Positions 1-11,288 of a DNA stretch of 64,000 bases are shown here, in pieces. Source of the stretch: an uncultured delta proteobacterium (GTDB lineage Bacteria; Desulfobacterota; Desulfomonilia; UBA1062); assembly GCA_963785235.1 (NCBI GenBank), contig CAWAUM010000003.1, positions 160,001-224,000 on the forward strand, given 5' to 3'. The translations under genes and the position numbers were made by a program. Within the stretch, counting starts at the first letter, position 1; each line of letters starts with the position of its first letter. Under the pieces are notes generated by a model. That model saw only the letters and a program-made list of their open reading frames with translations, did not search any database and was not told the DNA's origin.

Positions 1-655
1 AAGAAGGTCTCTCCCAAGGCTGAAGGGCCATGACATGGGGGCCCGGGCGGCAAAGCGCATCGTTGAGGCTGCCAAAGCCCGTTCCATCAAATACCTCACC
101 CTCTATGCCTTTTCCTCGGAAAACTGGAACAGGCCGAAAGAGGAGATCGAAGGTCTTTTCAAGCTGCTGGAGCGGTTCATCGAAGAGGAGGTCCTTCGCC
201 TGAAAACAAGCGGGGTGTGCATCCATATCATAGGGGATTTGTCACGGTTCTCTGAAAACCTCCAGGACAAGATCCAGATGACACTTGAAGAGACGAGGGA
301 TAATACCGAACTGCACCTGGCCATAGCATTGAACTATGGGGGCCGTGATGAGATCATCCGGACAGTAAGGAAACTCCTGGCCCTGGGAAAGTGCCCGGAA
401 GAGATCAATGAACGGATTTTTTCCGACCAGCTGGATACGGCCTTCATGCCGGACCCCGACCTTCTCATCCGCACAGGCGGGGAGTGGCGGGTGAGCAACT
501 TTCTGTTATGGCAGCTGGCCTATTCTGAAATCTATTTCACTGATACCCTCTGGCCTGATTTCGACGAGAAGGCCCTGGATGAGGCAATCCATTGGTTCGA
601 TACCAGACAGAGGCGCTTCGGTATGACCGGTGAACAGGTAAAGGGGAGAAGATAG
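1..655 (+). CDS. uppS: Undecaprenyl diphosphate synthase (5' end outside window)
   Basis: Motifs YAFSSENWNRP, LNYGGRDEI, PDPDLLIRTGGEWRVSNFLLWQ; frame open to window start. Confidence 0.95.
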   Translation, partial: RRSLPRLKGHDMGARAAKRIVEAAKARSIKYLTLYAFSSENWNRPKEEIEGLFKLLERFIEEEVLRLKTSGVCIHIIGDLSRFSENLQDKIQMTLEETRDNTELHLAIALNYGGRDEIIRTVRKLLALGKCPEEINERIFSDQLDTAFMPDPDLLIRTGGEWRVSNFLLWQLAYSEIYFTDTLWPDFDEKALDEAIHWFDTRQRRFGMTGEQVKGRR

Positions 656-1482
656 ATGAAACGTATCCTAGGGGGACTGATCCTGGTTGTTCTGTTCGCA
701 ATCCCGGCCATCTTCGGCCCTGCGTGGGTATTGCTGCTCATCGCCCTGCTTGTCGTACCCATCTGCATGTACGAGCTGTTCCGGGTAGCGATCGCTCCAT
801 CCGCTAAGGCGCTTGGCTTTATATCCATGGCTTCATCGGTGCCATTCCTCATCCTTGCCAACAGAGGCGACACAGACGGTTGCTTCCTCACCATTGGTGT
901 CACAAGCGTTATTCTGATGATCACCTCGCTGTTCCTTTTTGAAAAGGACAGGGCCGGGGCCAAAGACCTTGTCTATTCCATTGCCGGCCTGATCTACCCC
1001 ATGGCATTGATCGGCTTCTGGGTGCTTCTCAGAGTAGGAATGGACGGCAGGTTCTGGATGATCTTCTGTCTCGTTGGCGTCTTCGGTTCGGATACAGGCG
1101 CATACTACGTGGGCAAGAACCTCGGGAGACGAAAAATTGCACCCAGGCTCAGCCCTAAAAAGACCGTTGAGGGCTTTATCGGGGGCATGTGTGCGAGTGT
1201 CGCCCTGGGCTATGTGACCTTTGTAGTATATAATAAGGTAGTCATGGCGTATCAGATCGACCCCTTGAGGGGGTTTACCCCTTGTGGCTCCTGGTTCTTC
1301 TGTCGGCATGCATCGGTGCACTTGACCTGGCAGGAGACCTCACCGCATCACTCTTCAAACGGGAGTTCCAGATCAAAGACATGGGAAACCTGATCCCCGG
1401 CCATGGAGGCATGCTCGACCGAATGGACGGCATCATCCCTGTTGGGTGTGTGCTCTATTGTATCCTCAAGGTTGCACTCTGA
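656..1482 (+). CDS. cdsA: Phosphatidate cytidylyltransferase (one frameshift near 1275)
   Basis: SDTGAYYVG and SPKKTVEG in ORF 656-1393; [27 protein letters not shown] in ORF 1282-1482; uppS-cdsA-dxr synteny. Confidence 0.92.
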
Positions 1483-2610
1483 ATGAAAAGGATCGTCGTT
1501 CTCGGGTCAACCGGCTCCATCGGAGAGTCAACCCTGGATGTCATACGTATGCATCCCGGCAAATTCAAGGTCGTGGGGTTGTCTACGGGTTGCAACAACA
1601 GGCTCCTTGAGAGCCAGGCTGAAGAATTCGGCGTGAAGGTCCTTGGAGTATCATCCCCTTCTTTTCCGGTTTCTTCAGGCATGAAAATCCTTACCGGTGA
1701 GTCTTCATCCATAGAGGTTATCAAAAGGGCTGAGCCGGATATCGTGGTGAACGGCATATCAGGCGCCGCCGGTTTCCTTCCTTCCCTGGAGGCGGTAAGG
1801 TCCGGGGCAACGCTCGCCCTTGCCAACAAGGAATCGCTGGTCATCGGCGGGGGATTTCTCATTCAAGAGGCAAAAGACTTTCGTGTGCCCATCATCCCTG
1901 TTGATTCGGAGCACTCGGCCGTGTTTCAGTGCCTGAACGGAGAAAGCGGTTCTTCTGTCCGCCGCATCATCCTCACCGCATCAGGCGGCCCTTTCAGGAA
2001 CAGGCCGGCCGCAACTTTCAGGGATATCACCCCTGAAGAGGCTCTGCAGCACCCCACCTGGTCCATGGGTAAAAGGATAACCATCGACTCTGCAACCATG
2101 ATGAACAAAGGCCTGGAGATCATCGAGGCATGCTGGCTCTTTGGCGTGGGCACAGAGAAAATCGACGTGACAATCCACCCCCAGAGCATTGTCCACTCCA
2201 TGGTTGAATTTAAGGACAGGAGCATCAAGGCGCAGCTCTCCCTGCCGGATATGCGCATGGCCATCGCTTATGCCCTTTCCTGGCCTGAGCGCATGGAGCT
2301 TCCGCTCGAACCTCTGCGACTGGCTGATGCCATGCACCTTGACTTTCTGCCGCCGGATACGAATAAATTCCCGGCGCTTTCCCTGGCAAGGCATGCCATG
2401 AGCAGGCCTGATGTACTGCCCTGCATCATGAACGCTGCCGACGAGGTGGCCGTAGATGCCTTCCTTCAAGGGCGGCTCCGTTTCCATGAGATTACGCAGG
2501 TGGTAAAAAAGACCATGGACACGCTCACTGATTCCGCGGTAGAAGGACCGCAAGATATCATGACACTTGACAGAAAATCCAGAAAGACTGCAGAGGCATT
2601 CATTCCATGA
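1483..2610 (+). CDS. dxr: 1-deoxy-D-xylulose 5-phosphate reductoisomerase
   Basis: LGSTGSIG, LANKES, PVDSEHSA, TASGGPFR, HPTWSMG, DSATMMNKGLE. Confidence 0.97.
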   Translation: MKRIVVLGSTGSIGESTLDVIRMHPGKFKVVGLSTGCNNRLLESQAEEFGVKVLGVSSPSFPVSSGMKILTGESSSIEVIKRAEPDIVVNGISGAAGFLPSLEAVRSGATLALANKESLVIGGGFLIQEAKDFRVPIIPVDSEHSAVFQCLNGESGSSVRRIILTASGGPFRNRPAATFRDITPEEALQHPTWSMGKRITIDSATMMNKGLEIIEACWLFGVGTEKIDVTIHPQSIVHSMVEFKDRSIKAQLSLPDMRMAIAYALSWPERMELPLEPLRLADAMHLDFLPPDTNKFPALSLARHAMSRPDVLPCIMNAADEVAVDAFLQGRLRFHEITQVVKKTMDTLTDSAVEGPQDIMTLDRKSRKTAEAFIP

Positions 2611-3677
2611 TAACAACACTCGCATTCATTATCGTCCTTGGCATCCTGATCTTCTTCCACGAACTCGGCCATTTTCTCATGGCAAAGGCAAGCGGGGTCG
2701 GGGTGCTGAAGTTCTCCCTGGGCTTCGGTCCGGCGCTCATCAAAAAGCGCTACGGTGAGACGGAGTACCAGCTGGCGGCATTTCCCCTTGGCGGTTATGT
2801 CAAGATGCTCGGTGAAGATCCGGATGACAAGGACCAGCTGTCGCACATAGACCCGAAAAAATCCTTCTCCCATAAATCACTGAAGGCCAAGGCGGCAATT
2901 GTCTTTGCAGGCCCGTTCTTCAACTTTCTGTTGGCTGTGGTCATCTACACGGTTGTAGCCTGGGTGGGCGTGCCCTATCTCCTGCCCATCGTAGGCGGTG
3001 TCCAGAAGGACTCACCTGCCGATAAGGCAGGGCTGCTGACGGGTGACTTGATCCAGACCATCGAGAAGAACCAGGTATCCGCCTGGGAGGATGTGTCGAA
3101 AACATTGCAGAGTACGGTGCCGGGCAAGGCTGTTGAGATCGAGGTTGTGCGTGACTCCAAGGTGTTCGTGCTCCATGTGACACCAATTGCAACCAAGGGA
3201 AAAAACCTTTTCGGCGAGCAGATAACAAGACCCATGATCGGGGTCAGTTCCGGTGAAAAAACCGCCACCAAGAGATACGGCCCCATAGACGGCATCGGCT
3301 ATGGATTCGGACAGTGTTATAAGATCATAGAACTCACAGGCATAGCCTTTGGAAAGATGATCAATGGCAGCATCAGCGCCAAGGAGAGCCTTGGAGGGCC
3401 CATCCTGATAGCCCAGGTCTCGGGGCAGACCTTCAGGGCAGGCCTGCTGCCGTTTGTCTCGCTCATAGCCTTCATCAGCATCAACCTTGCCATCATCAAT
3501 CTGCTGCCCATACCCGTGCTTGACGGCGGTCACCTGCTGCTCTTCCTCATCGAGGGCATCACGGGCAAACCGGTTGAAGGCAAACCCCGGGAGATAGCCC
3601 AGCAGATAGGGCTCTTCATCCTGATCATGCTCATGCTCTTTGCCTTTTACAACGACATCACCCGCATATTCAAATGA
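2607..3677 (+). CDS. rseP: RIP metalloprotease RseP
   Basis: HELGH, PLGGYVKM, AGPFFN, PDZ domain, NLLPIPVLDGGH. Confidence 0.95.
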   Translation: MITTLAFIIVLGILIFFHELGHFLMAKASGVGVLKFSLGFGPALIKKRYGETEYQLAAFPLGGYVKMLGEDPDDKDQLSHIDPKKSFSHKSLKAKAAIVFAGPFFNFLLAVVIYTVVAWVGVPYLLPIVGGVQKDSPADKAGLLTGDLIQTIEKNQVSAWEDVSKTLQSTVPGKAVEIEVVRDSKVFVLHVTPIATKGKNLFGEQITRPMIGVSSGEKTATKRYGPIDGIGYGFGQCYKIIELTGIAFGKMINGSISAKESLGGPILIAQVSGQTFRAGLLPFVSLIAFISINLAIINLLPIPVLDGGHLLLFLIEGITGKPVEGKPREIAQQIGLFILIMLMLFAFYNDITRIFK

Positions 3678-4357
3678 TGGCAAAGGTGAATGTCCTGGCC
3701 CTGGACACATCCACAAGCTGCCTGTCCGTTGCGCTCATGAGAGACAGGACAACTCTCACCGAGATCAACCTCACGGTCAAGGTAGGGCATGCGGGCATGA
3801 TCCTGCCGGTAATCGACGAAGCGCTTTCCAAAAGCTCTATGAAGAAGGCTGATATAACGCTCATTGCCACAGGCACCGGTCCCGGCTCATTCACGGGCCT
3901 CAGAATCGGCATTGCAACGGCAAAAGGGCTTGCCAGAGCCATTGGCTGCCCCCTTGCAGGCATACCCACCCTTGATATCATAGCGCGCGGAGCCCTGCCC
4001 TCATCCATGCAGATCATGCCCATTATCGATGCCAAGAAGGGGGAGGTTTACTGCGCATTATATAATAAGGATGGCTCACGGCTGACTGATTCCATGAACC
4101 TTCGTCCCGAGGGCCTTGCCGCCCTGGTCAACGAAGACACCCTGTTCGTGGGCAACGGCTGCGACATGTACCGGGATATTCTTATCAAAGACCTTGGACC
4201 ACTCTACCACGAAGCACCTGCCCTTCTCTGGTACCCGAGGGCTTCCGTGCTTGCCGGTATTGCGCAGGGCATCCCGATTGAATGCCTTTCTCAAGATGTG
4301 CAGCCGCTGTACATCAGGGCATCGGATGCGACACTGCTGCTGGAGAGAAGGGGTTAA
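3674..4357 (+). CDS. tsaB: tRNA threonylcarbamoyladenosine biosynthesis protein TsaB
   Basis: LALDTS, GPGSFTGLRIG, IDAKKGEVY, PLYIR. Confidence 0.93.
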   Translation: MMAKVNVLALDTSTSCLSVALMRDRTTLTEINLTVKVGHAGMILPVIDEALSKSSMKKADITLIATGTGPGSFTGLRIGIATAKGLARAIGCPLAGIPTLDIIARGALPSSMQIMPIIDAKKGEVYCALYNKDGSRLTDSMNLRPEGLAALVNEDTLFVGNGCDMYRDILIKDLGPLYHEAPALLWYPRASVLAGIAQGIPIECLSQDVQPLYIRASDATLLLERRG

Positions 4358-4393
4358 AAATGAAAAAGGCTTCAACCTTGAAGGTCGAAGCCT
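4357..4393 (-). terminator. Rho-independent terminator closing the EPS operon, between convergent genes
   Basis: Minus strand AGGCTTCGACCT-TCA-AGGTTGAAGCCT followed by TTTTCATTTT. Confidence 0.7.
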
Positions 4394-4432
4394 CTCCCAT
4401 GAGAATTACCGGCAATACCGGTTCTGCTCAAG

Positions 4433-5239
4433 TTAATAATAATAACTGTTTTCGTTCGGGGTGTCATCCTTGTTCAGGACAAACCCGAGAAATTTCTCCT
4501 TTGGTATGAGGTCCAGGGCCTTATTGATATCTTCCATGGAGGTCTTTCCTGCCTCCACAACCATAATAATGCAATCAACAAACGAGGCAAAGGCAATGGC
4601 ATCAGCCCCCATGAGCACAGGGGGTACATCGAAAATAATATACCGGTCCTGATACCGGTTCTTAACCTCATCCACCATGGATCTCATGCGTGGCGAAGTG
4701 AGGACCTCGGTTGTTTCCTGGATGGTTCTGCCTCCGGAAATCAAGGTCATCTTGTCAATGCTGGGCCAGATGATGAGGTCTTTTAAGGGGACATCATTCA
4801 CAAGATAATCCATCAGTCCCAGATCGCTCTGGATACCCATGTATTTGTGAACATCCTGCCGGTGCAGATCACAATCAATAAGCAACACCGTGAGGTCGAA
4901 TGCCCTTGCAAAGGTCAGCGAGAGATTTATTGCCGTCAGGGTTTTGCCTTCACCGGGATGGGCACTCGTGACCATAAGGGTTTTCCAGTTTTTATTTATT
5001 ACGGATTTCTGAATCTGGGTTCGCAGGAGTTTGTATGACCCAAGATATGGCGAGTCGGAGAACATGGAAACACAGCGGTTTTTTTCGAGGATATCCTTAT
5101 CCGGCACCACACATCTTGACTCGGAATATACAGGGGCCTTCACAGAACTCATCCCCGAGATATCCTGAAATGGCTTATCCGACAGCATGGTGTGCTGACG
5201 GGTTAATTTTGCCTTATCTATGGCCTTTTTTATTTTCAT
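4433..5239 (-). CDS. CpsD/CapB-family (BY-kinase) polysaccharide tyrosine autokinase
   Basis: SAHPGEGKT Walker A, LLIDCDL, IIFDVPP, C-terminal SYYY tyrosine cluster. Confidence 0.88.
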   Translation of the reverse strand: MKIKKAIDKAKLTRQHTMLSDKPFQDISGMSSVKAPVYSESRCVVPDKDILEKNRCVSMFSDSPYLGSYKLLRTQIQKSVINKNWKTLMVTSAHPGEGKTLTAINLSLTFARAFDLTVLLIDCDLHRQDVHKYMGIQSDLGLMDYLVNDVPLKDLIIWPSIDKMTLISGGRTIQETTEVLTSPRMRSMVDEVKNRYQDRYIIFDVPPVLMGADAIAFASFVDCIIMVVEAGKTSMEDINKALDLIPKEKFLGFVLNKDDTPNENSYYY

Positions 5240-5271
5240 TTTCTCATCCCTTCCTGCAGATCATACCAGAA

Positions 5272-6840
5272 TCATACACCTAATCGCCCAATCAACTTAA
5301 CCCAGAAGATATCAAGATCCATGATGAAATAGTTGAAGATAATAAGCCCGCAAACCACAACAAAAAGAATCCCGGCACCTGTCCAGATCCATATATTCCT
5401 CTTCTTGCCGATTTCGCTCTCTGAAACGATGAAAGGTATGCTTGCCAGAACAGGAAATGATGTTGCTTGTGCCAGCATACCGGCATGCCGCACCGATGTG
5501 TCGGTAAATTCCCTGAAAGAACCTGCGCCAATACCTGCACCGATTCCCATGACAAGCCCGATCAATATGATTGCCGCTCGATTCGGTTTATAGGGTTTCT
5601 CCGGCAATCGGGCCGGATCGATGATGGTAAATCGCTCGCCTTTCTGCTCCTTCTCCAGGCCTTGAGACACCTTTGACTCCATATGCTTTCTCGTAAGGTC
5701 GTCGAATTTTGCTTGCGTATTACTCCGTTCCATCAAGAGGGCCTTGTACTCCGATTCCACCTGAGGAGAGAGTTCGATGCGTCGCCTGTAGTCATTCAGT
5801 CTGGTCCTGAGGTCACGGATCTGTGCATTGACAGTGGCTATTTCAGACTGGGTGCCGGCGAGCTGTGAAGCGAGTGTAATATAGGCCGGGTTGTCAGGCC
5901 GCTCTTTGCTCTTGCTGCTCGACGATACCTTCAGCCGTTGTTCAAGCTCGGCGACTTCAGCCTTGGTCTTGATGACATCAGGGTGTTCGTCGGAAAACTG
6001 ATGCTTCAGATTCACCAGCTTGACATTTAACTCATTGATCCTCTGCCGGTCAGTCTGCATAAAATCCTGGGGGGTGCTCGCAAGCTGAGACATCAGATAA
6101 GCCTCTTTCTCTTTGAGCTGGGATGACTGATTATTCAAGAGGTCAATATTGCGCTCGATGTCACTGATGCTCTGCATATTAATCTGTACGAGTTCCGGAA
6201 GGTCATTCATATGCTTCTCTTTGAACCTGGCAATCAAGGCATCAATGCGTTCGAGATCGGCCTTTACCTTAGACACCTCATCCTGGAGGAACTTTGAAAC
6301 ATCTGTTGCCTGCCGCTCACGAACCTGTGAAATTCTCTTCCAGAAAAAGAGAGGCCAGTACGTTGGCAACCTGAAGGACCTTGCCCGGATCTTTCTTCCC
6401 CTGGTACGAAATGGTAAAGGCGATGGTTGCGGCAGTAGGCCTGCCGGTTTTGGGATCAACCACATTGACGCTGATGGGCTCTAAGGTTATGTCCTTTCGC
6501 ATCTGCTCAATGATCTCTTCGGTCATCATGGTATCTTTCAGCTCGGGGTAGAGATTGAGTCTGTTTATGATGTCCAGGAGACGCGTGGAGCTCATGATGC
6601 GCTGGTTGATGATCTGCATCTGTTGCTCGGCATAGGTTGAGACGGATGATTTTACATACTCAAGAGGCACATCCTGCTGCTCTATAAGGATTGTCGTTGT
6701 GGACTTGTATATGGGGTGGTAATGACGAATGCGATGATAACTGAGATAAGGAGAATGGAGATGATGGGGATTACAATATTCCATTTTCTTCTCTTGAGAA
6801 CGGCAAGATAATCTCCCGGGGCAAGTGCAACATTTTCCAT
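5272..6840 (-). CDS. Polysaccharide chain-length determinant (GumC/Wzz-like), frameshifts near 6720 and 6330
   Basis: MENVALAPGDYLAVLKRRKW from ATG 6840; YKSTTTILIEQQ; coiled coil with HPDV; GERFTIIDPARLPEKPYKPNR plus TM. Confidence 0.85.
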
Positions 6841-6901
6841 ATGATCTCTCCTGATAAATTGATACTAATACAAAAAACGTACTATGTAAAAGTCTCTTCC
6901 T

Positions 6902-8105
6902 TTAATGGGGGATGGGGTATTGCCATGTCACATTCAAGGAGTAGATGTTCTGTATCATCGTGCTGTCGTCCTGCTTATCCCTGATGTTCGCCAGGCGATA
7001 GGAGGCTTCGAATCTGAGGTCGTTGGAGTAATTATAGGTGAATCTCGGCTGTATCCTCACACTTGTTTCATCAATGCCTTCTGAGACAAACTCCTTCTCA
7101 TCTTGTTTATACATGGAATATTCCGCAGTGAAATCTCCTGAAAATTCATAGGTGAATCGCCTTTTGATAGTGAACCTTACCGAAGAGTAACGTGATAACC
7201 CGACCTCACCGCTTATGGAACGATAGTCTTTGTAATAACTGATGGAAGAATCTGGTGACCTCGCCTCGATAAAAAAGAATCACCTGGGCGATAAAACCCC
7301 GGTTCGTTTCCCTGTGTTCGAATAATTGAGACAACGTATTTTTCCTTCGGGCAACCTGGCTCCCCATGTCAGCGGAAAGATCAATCACCTCGGTTATTCT
7401 CTTACTGGCCCCTGCCATCAAGGAATAACTCGTAACCTTAGAGTCCGTATAATCGTACAATGCATAACGAGGGCTTAACCTCACCGTTGTCTGAGACACT
7501 AAGGCATCAAGATCATGGGCCAGGGTGAGCGAGATGTTCTGAGTTGTTGAGTCGGAATAATCCGGATTGTCAAACGTGTCCTTATCATAGGCATACGAAG
7601 TTCTGAACGATGTCTTTTCAGTCAGGGCTGCATCTGCCCCGCACCCATAGTGCCAGCGCTTGCGTGTTGCTGTTCCAAACACAAGGCCTGTGGTTTCAAA
7701 ATCACGGTCTATCTGAGAATCTCGTGCATACCTGGCATCGGCAGAAACATTCATGTTCTGTGAAAGAGAGTAGCCTATGCTTCCCGTATGAAACTGATCT
7801 GTTGCATCAAGGTCTTTCTGCTCATGATACACGGTTCTCTGAAGCGTGCTCTGCAGGGAAGCATTCAGACGCTCTGTTCTGTCGGTCAATCTCAATGAAG
7901 GAGACATCATAGCAACGAGATCATGAACCTTGTCACCACTGCCGGAGTCATAGAATATGTTGTCATTGTACTGGTCCCTTATGGACAGCTGGGGGATAAG
8001 CTTGATTTCGGCGCAGTGCAAGGCAATAGGTAAAAATAAAACGATTGCAAAAAAAACAGGTATGTAAACTCGGCCATGAAATCCTTGTTTGTTTTCATTA
8101 TTCAT
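6902..8105 (-). CDS. Outer-membrane beta-barrel protein of the EPS locus (frameshifted near 7150-7250)
   Basis: Signal peptide, YNDNIF motif, alternating beta-strand pattern, C-terminal YSLNVTWQYP; position next to wza. Confidence 0.7.
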
Positions 8106-8126
8106 AAAACCGCAGTTTGTTATTCT

Positions 8127-8153
8127 GTCATTCCCGCAAAAGCAGGAATCCAG
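8127..8153 (+). repeat. Short palindromic repeat of the GTCATTCCCGC..GC.GGAATCCA type (dRS3/RPE-like)
   Basis: GTCATTCCCGCAAAAGCAGGAATCCAG; reads as LDSCFCGND on the minus strand. Confidence 0.65.
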
Positions 8154-8206
8154 TAGTTTTTGAGTTAAACAACTCATGCTACGCATGATATCCATGTAAG
8201 GAACGC

Positions 8207-8788
8207 TCAGGGAACAATGATTACATCGCCACGTTTGAGGGTGATATTTTCCTCAAGGTTCTTGCCCTTGATAACATCATTATAGTGGAAGCGGATCAGC
8301 TTTGTTCCATTTGCTTCCGTGCGGAGGATCCTGATGTCGTTATTGTCGGCAAAAGGGGTCAGCCCGCCGGCAATTGCAAGCCCCTGGAGTACATTGACCC
8401 TGCTGCCCATCAGAAAACTTCCGGGCTTGTTTACCCTGCCAAGGATATATATATAGGCGCTGTTCATATTCCTTACCGATATCCATAACACAGGGTCGGG
8501 TACATACTTTTTAATACGTTTCTCAATTTCGGTTTTCAATTCGGTAATGGTCTTATCCTCAGCCTTTATCGACCCTATAAGTGGGAATGATATGGTGCCG
8601 TCGGGAAGGACAACAACTTCCTGGGTGAGGGATTCATCTTTCCAGATCGAGACCATCAAAACATCTCCAGGTCCGATGAGATAATCGGACTGAGTTTGTG
8701 TATTCTGCTGTGTATTTGCAGCTAAGGCCTGTAGTGAAACAAAGGAAAAAAACAAAGTGATTATGAGCAACTTGGAACATATGTGCAT
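8207..8788 (-). CDS. Polysaccharide export protein (Wza/EpsE-like)
   Basis: YLIGPGDVL, VLPDGTISFPLIG, LAIAGGLTPFA, LKRGDVIIVP. Confidence 0.9.
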   Translation of the reverse strand: MHICSKLLIITLFFSFVSLQALAANTQQNTQTQSDYLIGPGDVLMVSIWKDESLTQEVVVLPDGTISFPLIGSIKAEDKTITELKTEIEKRIKKYVPDPVLWISVRNMNSAYIYILGRVNKPGSFLMGSRVNVLQGLAIAGGLTPFADNNDIRILRTEANGTKLIRFHYNDVIKGKNLEENITLKRGDVIIVP

Positions 8789-8846
8789 ATTAAACCTCCA
8801 CTAAACTTATGTTTAATCATGGAAAAAACTGTGCTCAAAACCGGCA

Positions 8847-11247
8847 TCATCCCTTTATCGACTTGAGAGTCCTTTGCGCCTCTTCCTTGCCCACGAATCC
8901 GTCAGGGGATTTCAGCGCGGCCTCCAGCCTCTCTTTTGCCTTGCTCAGTTCACCATTCTTATAGAAGATCATACCCAGGTGAAAGTTATAGACCGGGTTC
9001 AAAGGGTCTTGCTCAAAGGCCTTGCCTATACTCCTGAGGGCCTTCTTCATATCGCCTGCCCGGTAATAAACCCACCCGAGGGTATCATTTACTGCTGCAT
9101 CATCCCCTTTCAGTGCTTGCGCCTTTTTTGCCAGAACCAAAGCCCTGTCAAGATCGGCCTTTGATTTGGGGTTCTCTGCCAGGAGAAAGGCCAGGTTGTT
9201 TGCCATGGGCCAGAGATCAGGGAATTTCTGCAGGCCCGACTCATAGATATTTCTGGCCTTATCATACTCCCTGGTCTTTTCGAAAAGCGCGCCAAGGGAA
9301 AAATACAGCACCGGGTTCTGCGGGGTCTTGATGATGGATTCCTGATACCTTCTTACAATCTCATCCTTCTTCCCCTGGGCGAGATAGATGTTTGTAAGCA
9401 GGAAATAAGGTTCGACCCACCCGGGCTGTGCCTGGATGGCCTTCTGTGCATATTCACTTGCCTTTGGGTAATCTTTCTTCATCAGGAAAATCCGCCCCAA
9501 TAGATTCAAAACCTGGGGATCGCCCGCATTTTTCTTCAAACGGTCAACACATAATTTCTGGGCTTCCTCCAGCTTGTTCTGTGAAACATATAATCCGGCA
9601 AGCATACTGAAGGCCTGGGGAGATTCGGGGTTGAGCGAATAACCTTGCCCGGCAGTGGATATTGCCTTTTCCCACTGTGCATTCTTCGCATAAAGCTGGG
9701 CAAGCTTTGCATAACCCAGCAGGCTGTTTTTATTTTTGTTCAGGATCTCGCGGTATTCTTTTTCAGCACCTGCCATGTCACCCCGGCCGGCCAGGACATC
9801 ACCCAGGAATCCATGTGCTTCAATAAACTTCGGATTGGATTCGATTATCTCCCGCAATACGGAGATTGCATTTTCAAAGTCATTCTTGTTGATATATGCC
9901 TTTGCCAGTGCCAACGAAAGATCCACAGACTTAGGGTTCACCTTCTGGGCGCTTTTCAGCGTGTCTATGGCCAGCCCCATCTCACCATTGAGCCGGTGCG
10001 CCTCGGCAAGGGCAATATGGCCCTGGATGAACTCGGGCCTCTCGTTCACGACGGGGCGAAGCTCGGACACTGCATTAATGCCGTCTTCCCTGATAAGGTA
10101 GATCTGTCCTTTCGTGTAATGAAGGTTCACATCCTTCGGGCTCACCTTGAGGGCCTCATCAACATATTTCTGCGCCGTATCAGGTTCGCCCTTTTTCATA
10201 TAGCACGTGGCCAGGGCATTCTTCACCTTGATGGCATTCTTCGAGCCCTTGTCTTCATCGGCTGCAAGGTAAGCGTTTAAAGGTGCAATAGCCATGTCTA
10301 TCTTGCCCGCAGAGGCATAGAGCTCACTGAGCGCCAACGTCAGTTTCACGCTCTTTTTGTTCTGGGCAATACCATCTTTCAGGGTTGTCTCCACATCGGT
10401 CAAACATACCACGCTGCTGGTAGAACATGGCCACGAGCAGAGCGTTGTCTTCATCACCCGGGTCGGAACTCAAGATGGCCTTGATAAGGTTCTGGCCCTG
10501 ATCCTTTCTCTGGGTGTTCATATACAGAGATGCGAGGTTCAATTTATAAATCGCCTTTTTCGGTTCGAGCTGAATCATTTTCTTCAAGACGGATTCCGCA
10601 TCGGCGAGCTTGCCTGTCCTCATGTAAAAATCAGAAACCGTCATATAAAGATCCAGCGATTTCGGATTCGCCGCTATACCCTCTAAGAGTATCTTTTCAC
10701 CACCTTGAATGTCTTTGTTGCGCATGGCATTCCTGAACAACATAAGATACACTTCCGGCTTGGTAATTTTCTTTGCAAGAAGCCCGTTAAGAATCGCAGC
10801 CCCCTCATCACCCTTGATGCCGTCAATGAGGATGCCGGCCTTGAGCAGAAGCGCTTCATCATTATTCGGTTCTTTCTTCAGAACCAGCTCAGCCTTTCCC
10901 ATTGCCTCCTCAGGCATCTTAGCCACGAGAAAGATCTTGCCCAGTTCAAGATTTGACTTTATATGGTCGGGATTCAGTGTGGTGGCCTTGGAGAAATAGC
11001 CAAAGGCCTTTTTCAGATCTCCCTGCTTCTCTTCGATCATGCCCATCATGTACCAGCCGTCGAGATATTTCGGGTCAAGCTGGAGAACATTCTTGAATTC
11101 AAGGCCTGCCTTGACGTAGAGGGCCTTCTCATACAGCTCCATACCCTTCTTGTAGAATCTGTCTCTCTTGGCCTCCTTTGATGAACAAGCGCCCAGGGAT
11201 AGGGCCAGAAAGACAATGCACAAAACAAAAAGAAATTTCTTTTCCAT
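8847..11247 (-). CDS. PrsT-like TPR-repeat lipoprotein (frameshift near 10400)
   Basis: Lipobox LGAC, many TPR motifs, ANNLAFLLA and DTLGWVYY C-terminal motifs typical of PEP-CTERM TPR proteins. Confidence 0.82.
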
Positions 11248-11288
11248 ATCCAATGCTCCTATACTATGCAGTGATCCATAAACCGGGT

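Noticed and set aside
1260-1300. Programmed frameshift in cdsA (GGGGGTTTACCCC)
   Set aside because: Indels are pervasive in this window; sequencing error is more parsimonious
8106-8195. N-terminal extension of ORF 7206-8195 (MDIMRS..LDSCFCGND)
   Set aside because: It is a translation of the palindromic repeat; the signal-peptide-bearing start at 8105 is more plausible
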